Source of the DNA: Candidatus Nezhaarchaeales archaeon
GTDB taxonomy: Archaea > Thermoproteota > Methanomethylicia > Nezhaarchaeales > WYZ-LMO8
Direction: 5' to 3'
Length of the DNA: 64,000 nucleotides
Assembly (NCBI GenBank): GCA_038887515.1
Contig: JAWAKK010000001.1
Coordinates: 640,001 to 704,000, forward strand
The notes beneath the pieces are model-generated. The model worked only from the letters and a program-made list of their open reading frames with translations, ran no database searches and was not told where the DNA came from. A program made the position numbers and the translations under genes. Of the stretch, positions 10,704 to 20,841 are shown in pieces. Position 1 is the first letter of the stretch, and each line of letters opens with the position of its first letter.

Positions 10704-11555
10704 TCAAGCTAACGTTTTTACCTGTCTCACTAGGCTCGTTAGTTTCCTAGGCCCTATTTCATTGCCTTTAGCGTCTTTAAAAGCTTCTATGACCACGAAG
10801 TTTACCCTCGATTTCTCGTCCTTAATCCATTTAAGGAGAGACTTTATGGATTTAGATGACGTGGATGGAGCTACGTGTTCATTGATCCATCCACCTTCAA
10901 CTAGACAGTCATATACATGCACTCCACGTATCTTGGATCCGAGATTTTTAAACCATTCGTCTATTACTACGTCGACTTCCACTTCTTTCCAGTTACTGGA
11001 CCTTACGGCTTGGACTTGGGCATGTCCAACATCAAAACATATTTCCGATCCCTCTACACTTAAGATGGCTCTTTTTATGTGATCTATAGAGGAGCAGAAG
11101 TTTGATGGGACGTTCTCAAAGAGAATTGTTAACCCATTCTCGAAAGCAAAATCTAGTATTGTCTGAATAGAGGCAGACGTAGCATCGATTATCGATTGCC
11201 CAAAATTCCTTGCCTCCTCTATCGCTTGATCTGTAGAGACGTGAAGCACCACGTATTTAGGTTCGAGACCCTCCGTAATCTCAAGGAGCTTTAAGGTATA
11301 TTTTACGGAGGCTTCTCTTATTTCGTCGATTGGTGAGGCTAGCCTTATGTCCCTCCAACTTCCATGAACCGCCAAGTCGAGACCTGCTTCTCTGATGTAG
11401 TCAGCTATTTTCTTTGGCGTAGAGCTATCTGGGACCGGCCATGGATAATCTAGGCTGAGCTCTATGAAATCGAACCCAGCTTTGTGGGATTCGTCAACCT
11501 TGTATTTAAACTTCGCCTTGTCGCCTAGCCATAACGGAAAGCCTATTAACACCAT
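10704..11555 (-). CDS. Sugar phosphate isomerase/epimerase, AP endonuclease 2 TIM-barrel family
   Basis: GFDFIEL, VVLH, FENVP, CFDVGHA and HVYD motifs. Confidence 0.75.
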   Translation of the reverse strand: MVLIGFPLWLGDKAKFKYKVDESHKAGFDFIELSLDYPWPVPDSSTPKKIADYIREAGLDLAVHGSWRDIRLASPIDEIREASVKYTLKLLEITEGLEPKYVVLHVSTDQAIEEARNFGQSIIDATSASIQTILDFAFENGLTILFENVPSNFCSSIDHIKRAILSVEGSEICFDVGHAQVQAVRSSNWKEVEVDVVIDEWFKNLGSKIRGVHVYDCLVEGGWINEHVAPSTSSKSIKSLLKWIKDEKSRVNFVVIEAFKDAKGNEIGPRKLTSLVRQVKTLA

Positions 11556-11756
11556 AAATCATCGCCGTTAAATGGACACTGTCTCATAATTATACGTTTT
11601 AGCCCTTAATTTCTTTAAGGCGAGAACACCTCTCGAAAGCTTTAGAGAGATGCTCTAAGTAGAATAGTATAGTTTGTTTCCACGATAGACTTCTGGATAT
11701 CCATAGTAAGCCTTTGGTTATATTAAATTCTATAGAAGCTCGTAAACCTTTAGCAT

Positions 11757-12272
11757 TTACAACTTGAATTCTCCTAATTCTATTAACGCTAGCGCAATCG
11801 ATGTCGTAGGCATGAGTCTTATCCTGCCTCTAACTTTAAGTTCAAGGGCTTCTTTGGGAGTCATGTAGATGATATCTAATGCTGCAGAGGTCCTTCTAGG
11901 CTCGCCATTAAGCATGCACGGTATATAGAAATACATTTTATTTGGTTTGGGAGGCTCTTCAATCTCGGATGATTGCAGCTCAATAACCCTATAGTTGTGC
12001 ATTCCAATTCTTCCGTTTAGCGGCGGCCAAGATATCTCTAAGTAGTTGTCCGGTAAGGTTGCATTGCTAGGACCCTCAAGGACGAGCACTTTGTGCATTA
12101 TGGGTTCTACATTACAACCTATCTCTTCACGACATTCCCTAACTACCCCAGAAAAAATCGATTCCCCAACCTTTAAATGTCCCTCAGGAAACGAGTAGTA
12201 ACCCCTTTTCGGAGTCTCGCCCCTCTTGATGAAGAGGAGTTTACCGTTCCTCTCTATAAGGGCTGAGACCAC
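11757..12272 (-). CDS. NUDIX hydrolase
   Basis: Nudix box GHLKVGESIFSGVVRECREEIG. The start codon is uncertain. Confidence 0.8.
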   Translation of the reverse strand: MVSALIERNGKLLFIKRGETPKRGYYSFPEGHLKVGESIFSGVVRECREEIGCNVEPIMHKVLVLEGPSNATLPDNYLEISWPPLNGRIGMHNYRVIELQSSEIEEPPKPNKMYFYIPCMLNGEPRRTSAALDIIYMTPKEALELKVRGRIRLMPTTSIALALIELGEFKL

Positions 12273-12403
12273 TATTTGGAGGTCGTCGGACTCCTTGCCC
12301 TCGACAATTTATACTTCACCTCTTCTTAGAGCCTTAAAAGATAATTCGGTTTAAATCTTTTTCTGGCGTAATTTAGTGAGCCTAGTATTAAGGTCGGTTA
12401 GCT

Positions 12404-13414
12404 ATGATAACCGTATCATCACCTGGGAAGGTAACGCTATTCGGTGAGCACGCCGTCGTCTATGGTGAACCAGCCATTGCAGTTGCCATAAATAAAAGAG
12501 TGAGGGTTCAGGCGACTAGGAGGAACGATGAAGTTATTAGGATTGAGGCCAAAGACTTGATGCTTGCGGGCTTTAAGGCCTTACTAATGCCCAATGGTTC
12601 TGTAACTCTTGAAGGAGAGTCGGGAAAGATCCTAGCAGCCTTAAACTACGTAAAGAGAGCCATTGAAATGGTCCGTACTAAGTATGGAGTTAACATAGGA
12701 GCTTACGTAACAGTTACTTCGGAGATGCCCGTTGGAGCTGGATTAGGCACTTCGGCGGCAGTTGCTGTCTCAGTAGTTAAAGCTTATTCGTTGTTAGCTG
12801 GACTCGACTTAAGCCGAGAGGAGTGCGCAGAGCTTGGCTACCAAGTTGAGCTCAGCGTTCAGGGGATAGCTAGTAGAATGGATTCTACAACAACTGCTGT
12901 AGGTGGGGTGCTTTATATCGATCCGAGGATGGATAAGGTATATGAATCCATCAGGGGCGCTGAAAAGCTTGATGGTCTCGTAATCGGTTACGTAAATAGA
13001 GAGACTAGTACGGGCGAGATGGTTGAGAAGGTCAAGAACCTTAGAGATTCTATACCAGAAGTGCTTGGTTTCATTATAAGAGCAGTTGGTGAAATAAGTA
13101 GGAAGGCTAAAGGTCTCATTGAAGCTGGGAGGCTAGTGGATTTAGGTGTACTAATGAACATCAATCACGGGCTCCTCGAAGCGATGGGGGTATCGACTAG
13201 TAGGTTGTCTCAAATGGCCTATGCAGCCAGGGCTGCAGGGGCTCTAGGATCGAAGATAACGGGGGCTGGCGGTGGCGGATGCATTATCGCGTTGGCTCCC
13301 CAGCGCGAGGAAGAGGTGATAGCAGCCCTAAAGGCTATAGGTGCCTCTGCATTTAAGGTTTCACCTACAACGCAGGGTGTAAAGGTTGAGGAAGAAGATA
13401 GTCATAGGGCATAG
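12404..13414 (+). CDS. mvk: Mevalonate kinase
   Basis: PGKVTLFGEHAVVYG, PVGAGLGTSAA and KITGAGGGGC GHMP motifs. Confidence 0.93.
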   Translation: MITVSSPGKVTLFGEHAVVYGEPAIAVAINKRVRVQATRRNDEVIRIEAKDLMLAGFKALLMPNGSVTLEGESGKILAALNYVKRAIEMVRTKYGVNIGAYVTVTSEMPVGAGLGTSAAVAVSVVKAYSLLAGLDLSREECAELGYQVELSVQGIASRMDSTTTAVGGVLYIDPRMDKVYESIRGAEKLDGLVIGYVNRETSTGEMVEKVKNLRDSIPEVLGFIIRAVGEISRKAKGLIEAGRLVDLGVLMNINHGLLEAMGVSTSRLSQMAYAARAAGALGSKITGAGGGGCIIALAPQREEEVIAALKAIGASAFKVSPTTQGVKVEEEDSHRA

Positions 13415-14078
13415 AGGGGCCCCCTCTATTAAATTCGAGAACAGTCTAGAAGGAGTAGTTGAAGCTTTGAAGCTAGGCGTAGACGGTGTAGAAGTTGATG
13501 TAAGAACCACTAAAGAAGGTATTCCAATAGCATTTCACGATCAAACTACCTCGAGAATATTGGGAATTGACAAGCCTGTTAATGAGATAGGGCTCGACGA
13601 GATTAGATGCATGGGTAAAATCAGGGGCTTCACTATCCCCACAATAGGGGGGCTCTTGACTGTTGTTAGCGCGGAGACTATTCTAGTCTTGGACGTAAAA
13701 GAGTGGAGAGCTGTAGAGATGCTGGCAGATTTGCTAAGGCATTTAAGTAACAGAAAAATAATTATTGCATCATTTGATCACCGAATTCCCTTAACCATAA
13801 AGAAAGCTGTACCTTGGGTTAAGGCAGGGCTTATATTGTCTTTAAGGCCCTTAAGCTTATCGAGAATCACATGCGAAAATGTGGATTGCGTATTTGTAAA
13901 GAAAGACTACATAGATTGTGAGCTATTGGAGGAAGCAACTAGCCTAGGTCTTGACATCTATGCTTGGGTTGTTAACGATAAAGAAGAAGCCGAGCGACTT
14001 TGGTCGCTGGGAGTGTGTGGAGTGGTGACCGATACACCACAGCTATTTGCAATCGGTGGTCGAAGGTCATGGAGCTAG
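13386..14078 (+). CDS. Glycerophosphodiester phosphodiesterase
   Basis: GHRGA, ENS, EVDV, FHD, WVVND and VVTDTP motifs. Confidence 0.88.
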   Translation: MRKKIVIGHRGAPSIKFENSLEGVVEALKLGVDGVEVDVRTTKEGIPIAFHDQTTSRILGIDKPVNEIGLDEIRCMGKIRGFTIPTIGGLLTVVSAETILVLDVKEWRAVEMLADLLRHLSNRKIIIASFDHRIPLTIKKAVPWVKAGLILSLRPLSLSRITCENVDCVFVKKDYIDCELLEEATSLGLDIYAWVVNDKEEAERLWSLGVCGVVTDTPQLFAIGGRRSWS

Positions 14079-15079
14079 TGTTAAAAGGTTTTATAGCATT
14101 CCTAGCCAGCTTTCTGTCTTCCCTTTTAATCATGCCTAAGGTTATAGAATATTCTAAAAAGAGGAGGTTTATGGGGAGAGATGTGCATAAACCCGGCCAA
14201 CCTCTCGTACCAGAAATTGGCGGTATAGGAATATTATTTGGATTAATTGTAGGGTTCTTGGTTTATAGTCTCGTGTCCTTCAAACTCGAGGTCTATCTCG
14301 TAGTCTTTGTTTGTTGCGTGTTTATAGCTGGAGCTATAGGGTTATGGGATTATTTTAAAACGTTGAGTGGAACTACGAAAACCGCTCTAACAGTCATTGC
14401 ATGTATACCCTTGATAATCGGCTGGCTCCTCTCTCCTACTGAAATAATAATAGGGAGGCCAGAGCTTCCTTTCATAGGGACCTTGAGGCTTACAATAGTC
14501 TACTGGATCCTTCTACCATTTGCTATAGCGGTATCGGCAAACGCTGTTAACATGATTGATACGTTCAACGGTGTCATGCCGCTCACATCAATCTTTAGCG
14601 TTGCTGGTCTCCTCATTTCATCTATAATACTTGGAAGATATGAGGCCACGATTATGTGTTTACTAATTCTCGGGGCCCTACTAGGCTTCTTGCCGTACAA
14701 CCTGTACCCATCGAAGATCTTTGCAAGCGATGTCGGTAGCCTAGCGGTTGGAGCTGGTATAGGGGCCATATCGGTCATAGGCAGAATGGAGATAATAGGA
14801 ATAGTATCGCTCATGCCTCAAATAATGAATGCGTTCTATATATTGACTTCAGTTAAAGGTCTTCTCGAAAGGAGACAGATAAAAGAGAGGCCGACCGTAG
14901 TCCTTGGAAATAACGTTATAGCTGCAAATAGAAGCGAGAAGGCCCCCATGACCTTAGCAAACTTAATACTAGCGAGAGGCCCTCTCCGAGAGCCGGATCT
15001 AGTTAAGGCCTACGCTTTGCTCTCATTCTCCTCCTTCATCCTAACTATAGTGACGGCATGCTTCATGGTGATAAAATGA
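14069..15079 (+). CDS. UDP-GlcNAc:dolichyl-phosphate GlcNAc-1-P transferase (AglH/GPT/MraY family)
   Basis: GRDVHKP, PEIGG, NAVNMIDTFNG and FASDVGS motifs with multiple TM helices. Probable start is the ATG at 14069. Confidence 0.85.
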   Translation: MELVLKGFIAFLASFLSSLLIMPKVIEYSKKRRFMGRDVHKPGQPLVPEIGGIGILFGLIVGFLVYSLVSFKLEVYLVVFVCCVFIAGAIGLWDYFKTLSGTTKTALTVIACIPLIIGWLLSPTEIIIGRPELPFIGTLRLTIVYWILLPFAIAVSANAVNMIDTFNGVMPLTSIFSVAGLLISSIILGRYEATIMCLLILGALLGFLPYNLYPSKIFASDVGSLAVGAGIGAISVIGRMEIIGIVSLMPQIMNAFYILTSVKGLLERRQIKERPTVVLGNNVIAANRSEKAPMTLANLILARGPLREPDLVKAYALLSFSSFILTIVTACFMVIK

Positions 15080-15348
15080 AGATTCTAAGGTACATAATCG
15101 ACATACTTGGAATAATGGTATTGGTATGGGGCTTAATGCTTGCCTTACTGTTCTTCGTAAATAAAGTGGTAGAAGAAGTCGAGTTACCCATCTACGGCTT
15201 TATCGGTTCTTTACTGAATAACTTCATTCAGCTGGCGATAAGCGGCGTGATGTTCTTAGCATGGCTCTTCTTATGGTACAAGTTAACTGATTATTGTCGT
15301 AGGAGGAGACTTAAGCTCTGGAGCAAAGACCTTCAAGGACAGCAATGA
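15076..15348 (+). CDS. Hypothetical two-TM membrane protein
   Basis: Two hydrophobic helices; the ATG overlaps the upstream stop (ATGA). Confidence 0.6.
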   Translation: MKILRYIIDILGIMVLVWGLMLALLFFVNKVVEEVELPIYGFIGSLLNNFIQLAISGVMFLAWLFLWYKLTDYCRRRRLKLWSKDLQGQQ

Positions 15349-16378
15349 CTTTGGGCAATGGATCTTCCATTATACTCCACAATTTTTTACTCAGCTCCTT
15401 CTGCTTAACTTTCAGCTCTTTAATTTCAGACAACGACGCTATCGCTACATCCGGGATTTCCTCGCTTTTAACTCTCTTCAGAAGCCCGAATTCGATCAAG
15501 AAGCTCTCCACGAATATGGGTTCCTTCGGATAGAAGGATAGAGCTGGGACTCCTAGTAATGCTGCCTCGCAAGTCATTGTCCCCCCAGACCCTATGAATA
15601 GAGTTGTCTTCTCCAAAATTGGCGGGCTATATGTCGGTCTTGTAAGTATAGTTACGTTTGCAACACCTTTAAACTTCGCCTTTAAGTATCTTACCTGCCA
15701 CCAGTACCTCGGCATTACGAGTATGAGAGCTTCGGGAACCTTCTTAGCCAATATGGTTATCGACTCTTCCGCTACCGTCGGCTTATCGATCATCAAGTAA
15801 GAGGCGTGAACTTCCTCAATTCTTACAGTCACTAGATACTTGAACTTCCTTAAACCTGGAATTATAGGCTTCTCCTCTGCTGGTATGTGCTTAAGCCACA
15901 TGACTGGGTCCAGTGCCCTATATTGAATTACGTCCTCAGCAGCGATGCCATATTTAATCCATTCCTCTTTGGGTATGACCCAAGGCGTTACGAGTTTCGA
16001 GCTCAAAGGAACCGTAAGCTTTGCTACTGCCGTTGAATGTGGGGAGTCATTGACTAAGACATGTGGTATCCCTAAGCCAAAAGATACCCTTGTAGCATCA
16101 GGTGAGGTTGAAATAGCGACGTCAGGCTTAAACTTTCTAATTAATGGCATTAATTTCTTCATCCTGTTTACGCTACTAGATAACTTTCCATAGAGGTCTC
16201 CGCCACCATATCTTCCAATAATGCAAGCTTTGACGTTTAACTTCTTCGCCAAGATGTCGATCTCTCTATACCTGCGTGTGGTCACAAGAATGTCGTAGCG
16301 CCTTTTCCTCGCTTCTTCCATCAGTGGTTTAAAGTACATCAACTGTTTTGGAGTTAAATATTCAATCCATATCTTCAT
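15311..16378 (-). CDS. DUF354 family GT-B fold protein
   Basis: MKIWIE start, NDSPH and GSGGTMTCEAALLGVP motifs. Confidence 0.8.
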   Translation of the reverse strand: MKIWIEYLTPKQLMYFKPLMEEARKRRYDILVTTRRYREIDILAKKLNVKACIIGRYGGGDLYGKLSSSVNRMKKLMPLIRKFKPDVAISTSPDATRVSFGLGIPHVLVNDSPHSTAVAKLTVPLSSKLVTPWVIPKEEWIKYGIAAEDVIQYRALDPVMWLKHIPAEEKPIIPGLRKFKYLVTVRIEEVHASYLMIDKPTVAEESITILAKKVPEALILVMPRYWWQVRYLKAKFKGVANVTILTRPTYSPPILEKTTLFIGSGGTMTCEAALLGVPALSFYPKEPIFVESFLIEFGLLKRVKSEEIPDVAIASLSEIKELKVKQKELSKKLWSIMEDPLPKVIAVLEGLCSRA

Positions 16379-16993
16379 GCTTCTCAGACCTCTAGTTTAT
16401 GAAGGCTTGGTAGTATGAAGTTAGTAATTTCATAAACAATTTTATTGTTATAAATGTTCCCAGTTTAAGTATTGATAAAAAGTCTTCTATGCGCGATGAC
16501 TAAGTAAGGTGCTACTATTCCTCGCTCTCGACGGCTTTTACATTAATCGTAGCTTTCGACGACATATTTTTCTCATTTTATCCAGCTCACTTAGTCTTGA
16601 TGCCCTTGAGATTCCAAATTATGCACTAAAGACCTCAACTTTCCTTTTAACATGCCACAGACCATTAACATTATTAAGCGATGCTTTATTCGCTTTCTCA
16701 ATGTGTGAGATTTACCTCCATGCCGAGTCATCACATGATGCACATTCCGAGTTATTCTAGCAGGCTTAAATTCTCTAAATTTCCGTAGGGTGTCAGACAT
16801 AGAAGTCTTAAGTACGTGCTGTTCTAAGGAGCTGGTTAAGTTTGCTAACAACAATATTGTTTTATTTGAGCCGCCATCTAATGATGCATCAGAAAGCTTA
16901 ATACTAAAGGGTTAGGGACTTACACCGTAGATTTCGACGTCAGCCTACTTACTATCCATATGTTTAAGCTGGTGTTTGATGGTTTGATGGGAT

Positions 16994-17362
16994 ATGAAGG
17001 AGAACCATAAGGATTCACGCAATTTGATGACGAAAATGACGTTCGAATTATATTCAGCTGATGTACTCTCTCAGAGAGATGGGAAGTTTATCGTAAATGT
17101 TAGATGTGCGAATTCTAAATCCAGGGCCTACGACTTTCCAACTCCCATCCTTGTATTTAATGGTGTAGAGTACGTTGATCGCATAAACCGAGAAGCTTCG
17201 ATAGGAGACTCTACTTGTACTACTATCGTTTTTTCATTTGCAACGCCTAAGGAAAAAACTAGTATGTCGTATCACGATGGATCCTCCGCGATGAAGCGGA
17301 CCTTAAACATTAATTGTAGAACAACACTTAACCTCAACGATGCATTTCTCGTTAGTATGTAA
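16994..17362 (+). other. Possible hypothetical or decayed ORF
   Basis: 122-aa ORF with no recognisable motif, in a roughly 1 kb AT-richer gap. Confidence 0.25.
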
Positions 17363-17381
17363 GGTGGTGTTGGTGAAGCTA

Positions 17382-18329
17382 ATGAGCGACGTCAAGGTCT
17401 CGGTTATAGGGGCCGGCTTTTGGGGCCAGAACCACGTGAGGGTTCTCAGCAAGCTTGAAGGAGTACTCCTAGAGTCTGTCTACGACATAGATATCATTAA
17501 AGCTAAAAGTATTGCTGAAAGGTATAGGTGTAAAATCGCTGAAAGTCTAGATGATGCAATAAAGCGTAGTGATGCAGTTGTCATATCCACTCCAACTTCA
17601 TCTCACTTCCACATTGCCTTAAGGGCTCTAGAGCTGGGCAAGCATGTCTTTGTTGAAAAGCCTATAACTAGTAGGAGCTCAGAGGCGCTTAAGTTAATAG
17701 AGAGGGCTTGTAAAGAGGGCCTACTGATAATGGCAGGGCACATTGAAAGGTTTAACATGGGCTTTAGGAGGCTTCATGACTTAATTAAAAGCAATAGGCT
17801 TGGTGAAGTTGTGTCCATTAGAACTAAGAGAGTTTCAAGTGGCGCTTCAAGGATCTCTGACGTCGGGGTAGTGTTGGACTTAGCTATCCACGACCTAGAC
17901 CTAGTAATGCTTTTAACTTCTTCAAAACCATCGACGATATACTCTATAACGGGTTCAAAGCATTCGAGCAAGGAGGATTACGCATACATAATGATGGAAA
18001 TGGAAAACGGGGTTGAAGCTTATTTGGAGGCTTCATGGCTTACAAAACGTAAGATTAGGTTGATGGAAGTTACCGGTTTTGAAGGGACTGCAGAGCTCGA
18101 TTTCTTAAGTCAAGAAGTCTCCGTTAAACTCGAAAAAGAAGAATTTACGATAGCCGGCCCATGGATTGAACCCCTAAGACTCGAACTTGAAAACTTCGTT
18201 AAGTCTATTAGAGGAGAGGAAAAACCATACGTTACAGGGGTTGACGGTTATAGGGCCCTTCTATGCGCTGAACTAGCGCTAGAATCGTCGAGGGCTAGGA
18301 GGCCTGTTAAAGTTGAATTCGAAATTTAA
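17382..18329 (+). CDS. Gfo/Idh/MocA oxidoreductase (UDP-GlcNAc(A) 3-dehydrogenase-like)
   Basis: GAGFWGQNH, HVFVEKP, GHIERFN and DLAIHDLD motifs. Probable start is MSDVKV. Confidence 0.85.
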   Translation: MSDVKVSVIGAGFWGQNHVRVLSKLEGVLLESVYDIDIIKAKSIAERYRCKIAESLDDAIKRSDAVVISTPTSSHFHIALRALELGKHVFVEKPITSRSSEALKLIERACKEGLLIMAGHIERFNMGFRRLHDLIKSNRLGEVVSIRTKRVSSGASRISDVGVVLDLAIHDLDLVMLLTSSKPSTIYSITGSKHSSKEDYAYIMMEMENGVEAYLEASWLTKRKIRLMEVTGFEGTAELDFLSQEVSVKLEKEEFTIAGPWIEPLRLELENFVKSIRGEEKPYVTGVDGYRALLCAELALESSRARRPVKVEFEI

Positions 18330-18519
18330 AGTTAGCGATGACGTCGTCGAACTTACAAGCAAGCTAATTCGCCTAGTTATTGAGATAGAGGACTATTGGA
18401 GGAAGAGCTCCCCACTTCACGAACTAGAGGAGGGGGACATCAAAGAAATATTAAAGTTATTTGACGAAGCAGAGGAGCTTATTTCAAAAATTAAGGAAAG
18501 ATTGTGTTTTAAGCCATAG
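18313..18519 (+). CDS. Small hypothetical helical protein
   Basis: Overlaps the upstream gene; natural amphipathic composition. Confidence 0.45.
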   Translation: MNSKFKVSDDVVELTSKLIRLVIEIEDYWRKSSPLHELEEGDIKEILKLFDEAEELISKIKERLCFKP

Positions 18520-20050
18520 GTCTTACTTCTATGTGCATGTCAAAGCGCTTGCTTATTCTATCTAACTTCTTTCGGCACCTTTTCATGACTAGCGGTAGGT
18601 GATGGCGAGGCACGTAGACAAACGCTACGCCTTCTTCAGGCATTTCCAGCTCAAATTCCGTCGTCACTTTACTTAAGGCGTGCTCTAGAGCTTTAGTTAT
18701 TATCGAGCTAGGGATCTTGAGGCTCTTTTTTACCGGAACCACGAACGTCCTCTCACCGAAGACGTACAATTCGTATTCTGGTTCGTCAGTCAAGAAGTCC
18801 TTGACTACCACCACAGGTCTTGCCAGGTCTTCTTCTTTAAGACCGTGCGGTATCTTAATGGTAGTCTCAATGGAGTAAACCTTCTTTACATTACCTTCAC
18901 TTATAAAGAGAACTGTATCAACTATAGATGGTATCATGCCGAGTTCGACTCTACCGACAAACCTCTGTATAGCGTCTATAGGCGATGTAGCATGAACAAC
19001 CCCTACCATGCCTACGCCTGCTAATCTTAGATCTGCGTATAGCTTAAAGTCGTCGGTATCTCTCATTTCATCGAAAATCGTGTAGTCAGGCCTACTTAGC
19101 AATAGTACATCGTGAATCTCCTGCGAAGATGCTACGCTCTTAGAGTATTGAGTAATATCTTGTGGTAGTTGTAGATCTCTTGGTGCCTCAATAGTCTTCA
19201 CAACCTTGTTCTTCCTCCTATAGTACTCGGCGAGCGCTTGAGCAAAAGTGCTCTTTCCCATCCCTGGCGCTCCAGCAATCAATATCCCTTCAGCATGAGA
19301 GTCCAATCTTTCAAGTAGCTTCGAGGGTAAGCCGTACTCTTCTAACTTCAGCTTAACTATTGGCCTAACTGCGGTAAGCTCCAATCCATCTGAAAATGGG
19401 GGTCGCGTTATTACTATCCTGTAGCTACCTAGTTGTACTATAGTTGACGATTCCCTATCAACTTCCACGAAGCCATCTGGCGAGCTCCTAGCTCGCTCCA
19501 TGATCTCTGTTATAATTGTCTGAAGCTCTTCGCGAGTCATCGGAGAAGTTCTTATCGGCTCAAACATCCACTTACCTGGCTGACCACGCTTAGCGTATGG
19601 TATCACGCCTTCCTTTAAATGAACTGACATAGTTTTGTTATCAAAAAAGTCTTCAAGCTTCATTTTACCTGACGGCTTTACGTGCAGGACGCTTATCCCC
19701 ATGGCTTCAGCAACTTTAGCCATAACTACGTCGCATGTTATTAGGGTTGCCTTTAAGTCGAGCGTTAACTCCCTTATCATCTCGTTCAGAGCTTCAGGTG
19801 AAGACTTCTTAATGCCGTTAGCCTCACCGACGAAGACCATTTTTACATCCTTATCTTCGCACGCCCTCCTAATCTTTGAAAGCTCTTCAAGACCCGAAAA
19901 GTCGTTGAACTTTGCTTTCCTTTCGAGTTCACTTATTAATGCTCTATGTATTACAAGCCTACCCCTAACGACTCCGTCATCCACTAATCTCCTAACTACT
20001 CCCGCCTCTATAGCTAATAGATCTGGTACGTAGACCTCTGGGTCCGACAT
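18509..20050 (-). CDS. pinA: PINA ATPase (PIN + VirB11-like ATPase + KH)
   Basis: N-terminal PIN domain, TMSVHLKEG, GAPGMGKSTFAQALA, RPDYTIFDEMR and ADLRLAGVGMVGVVHAT motifs. Confidence 0.9.
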   Translation of the reverse strand: MSDPEVYVPDLLAIEAGVVRRLVDDGVVRGRLVIHRALISELERKAKFNDFSGLEELSKIRRACEDKDVKMVFVGEANGIKKSSPEALNEMIRELTLDLKATLITCDVVMAKVAEAMGISVLHVKPSGKMKLEDFFDNKTMSVHLKEGVIPYAKRGQPGKWMFEPIRTSPMTREELQTIITEIMERARSSPDGFVEVDRESSTIVQLGSYRIVITRPPFSDGLELTAVRPIVKLKLEEYGLPSKLLERLDSHAEGILIAGAPGMGKSTFAQALAEYYRRKNKVVKTIEAPRDLQLPQDITQYSKSVASSQEIHDVLLLSRPDYTIFDEMRDTDDFKLYADLRLAGVGMVGVVHATSPIDAIQRFVGRVELGMIPSIVDTVLFISEGNVKKVYSIETTIKIPHGLKEEDLARPVVVVKDFLTDEPEYELYVFGERTFVVPVKKSLKIPSSIITKALEHALSKVTTEFELEMPEEGVAFVYVPRHHLPLVMKRCRKKLDRISKRFDMHIEVRPMA

Positions 20051-20159
20051 GATCTCTAAATCGCACCTCTACATAAAGTCATTCTTAGCTTAACTATAGA
20101 GCATTTTATAAATGTTTTCAATGAATAAAGTAGAAGGCGCTTCGTGACGGTGGTTCAAA

Positions 20160-20822
20160 GTGAAATTGAAGAGTGGTCTCTATTATTATCCAGAGACCGG
20201 ATTTACATCAAACTCGTACTTAATTGAGAATGACGTAAGAATCTTGGTAGATCCCGGACACCACAACCATTTTCGTGACTTGGCCGAACTAATGAGGGAA
20301 GACGGATTTGAATTAAAGGACTTAGACTGGGTCATAGTAACTCACGCCCACGTAGATCACTGCGGTGCAGTCCATGAAATTCAAAAGCTCTTTAAAGTTA
20401 AGGTTGCAATGCACGAAGCGGAGAAAGAGTATCTTTATGAGTCTTCAGAGCGCATTCATAGATTAATAGGAGAAGTCCTCATACCGTTCGTAGTTGATTA
20501 CTGGATTAAAGGCGATAAATCAGTTGGCCTTGAAAATTTAAATTTAGATATAGTAGTCTTCCATACCCCAGGGCACACTCCTGGAAGCATCTCGATATAT
20601 TCTCCATCACAAAAATACTTAATAACTGGCGATCTGATATTTCAAGGAGGCGTTGGAAGGACGGATTTAGGCGGCAATAGCAACCTTTTGAAGAGGTCTA
20701 TAGAACAAGTTTCTCAACTGAACGTGGAAATGCTCCTTCCAGGTCATGGTCCTATAGTTGTCGGCACGAGCAACGTCTTAAAGAACTTTAAGCTAGTAAA
20801 AGAACTATTAGAACTATTCTAG
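20160..20822 (+). CDS. MBL-fold metallo-hydrolase (glyoxalase II-like)
   Basis: THAHVDH, TPGHTPG, GDLIF and PGHG motifs. Confidence 0.88.
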   Translation: MKLKSGLYYYPETGFTSNSYLIENDVRILVDPGHHNHFRDLAELMREDGFELKDLDWVIVTHAHVDHCGAVHEIQKLFKVKVAMHEAEKEYLYESSERIHRLIGEVLIPFVVDYWIKGDKSVGLENLNLDIVVFHTPGHTPGSISIYSPSQKYLITGDLIFQGGVGRTDLGGNSNLLKRSIEQVSQLNVEMLLPGHGPIVVGTSNVLKNFKLVKELLELF

Positions 20823-20841
20823 CAGGCAGAGAAGTGCGTAG

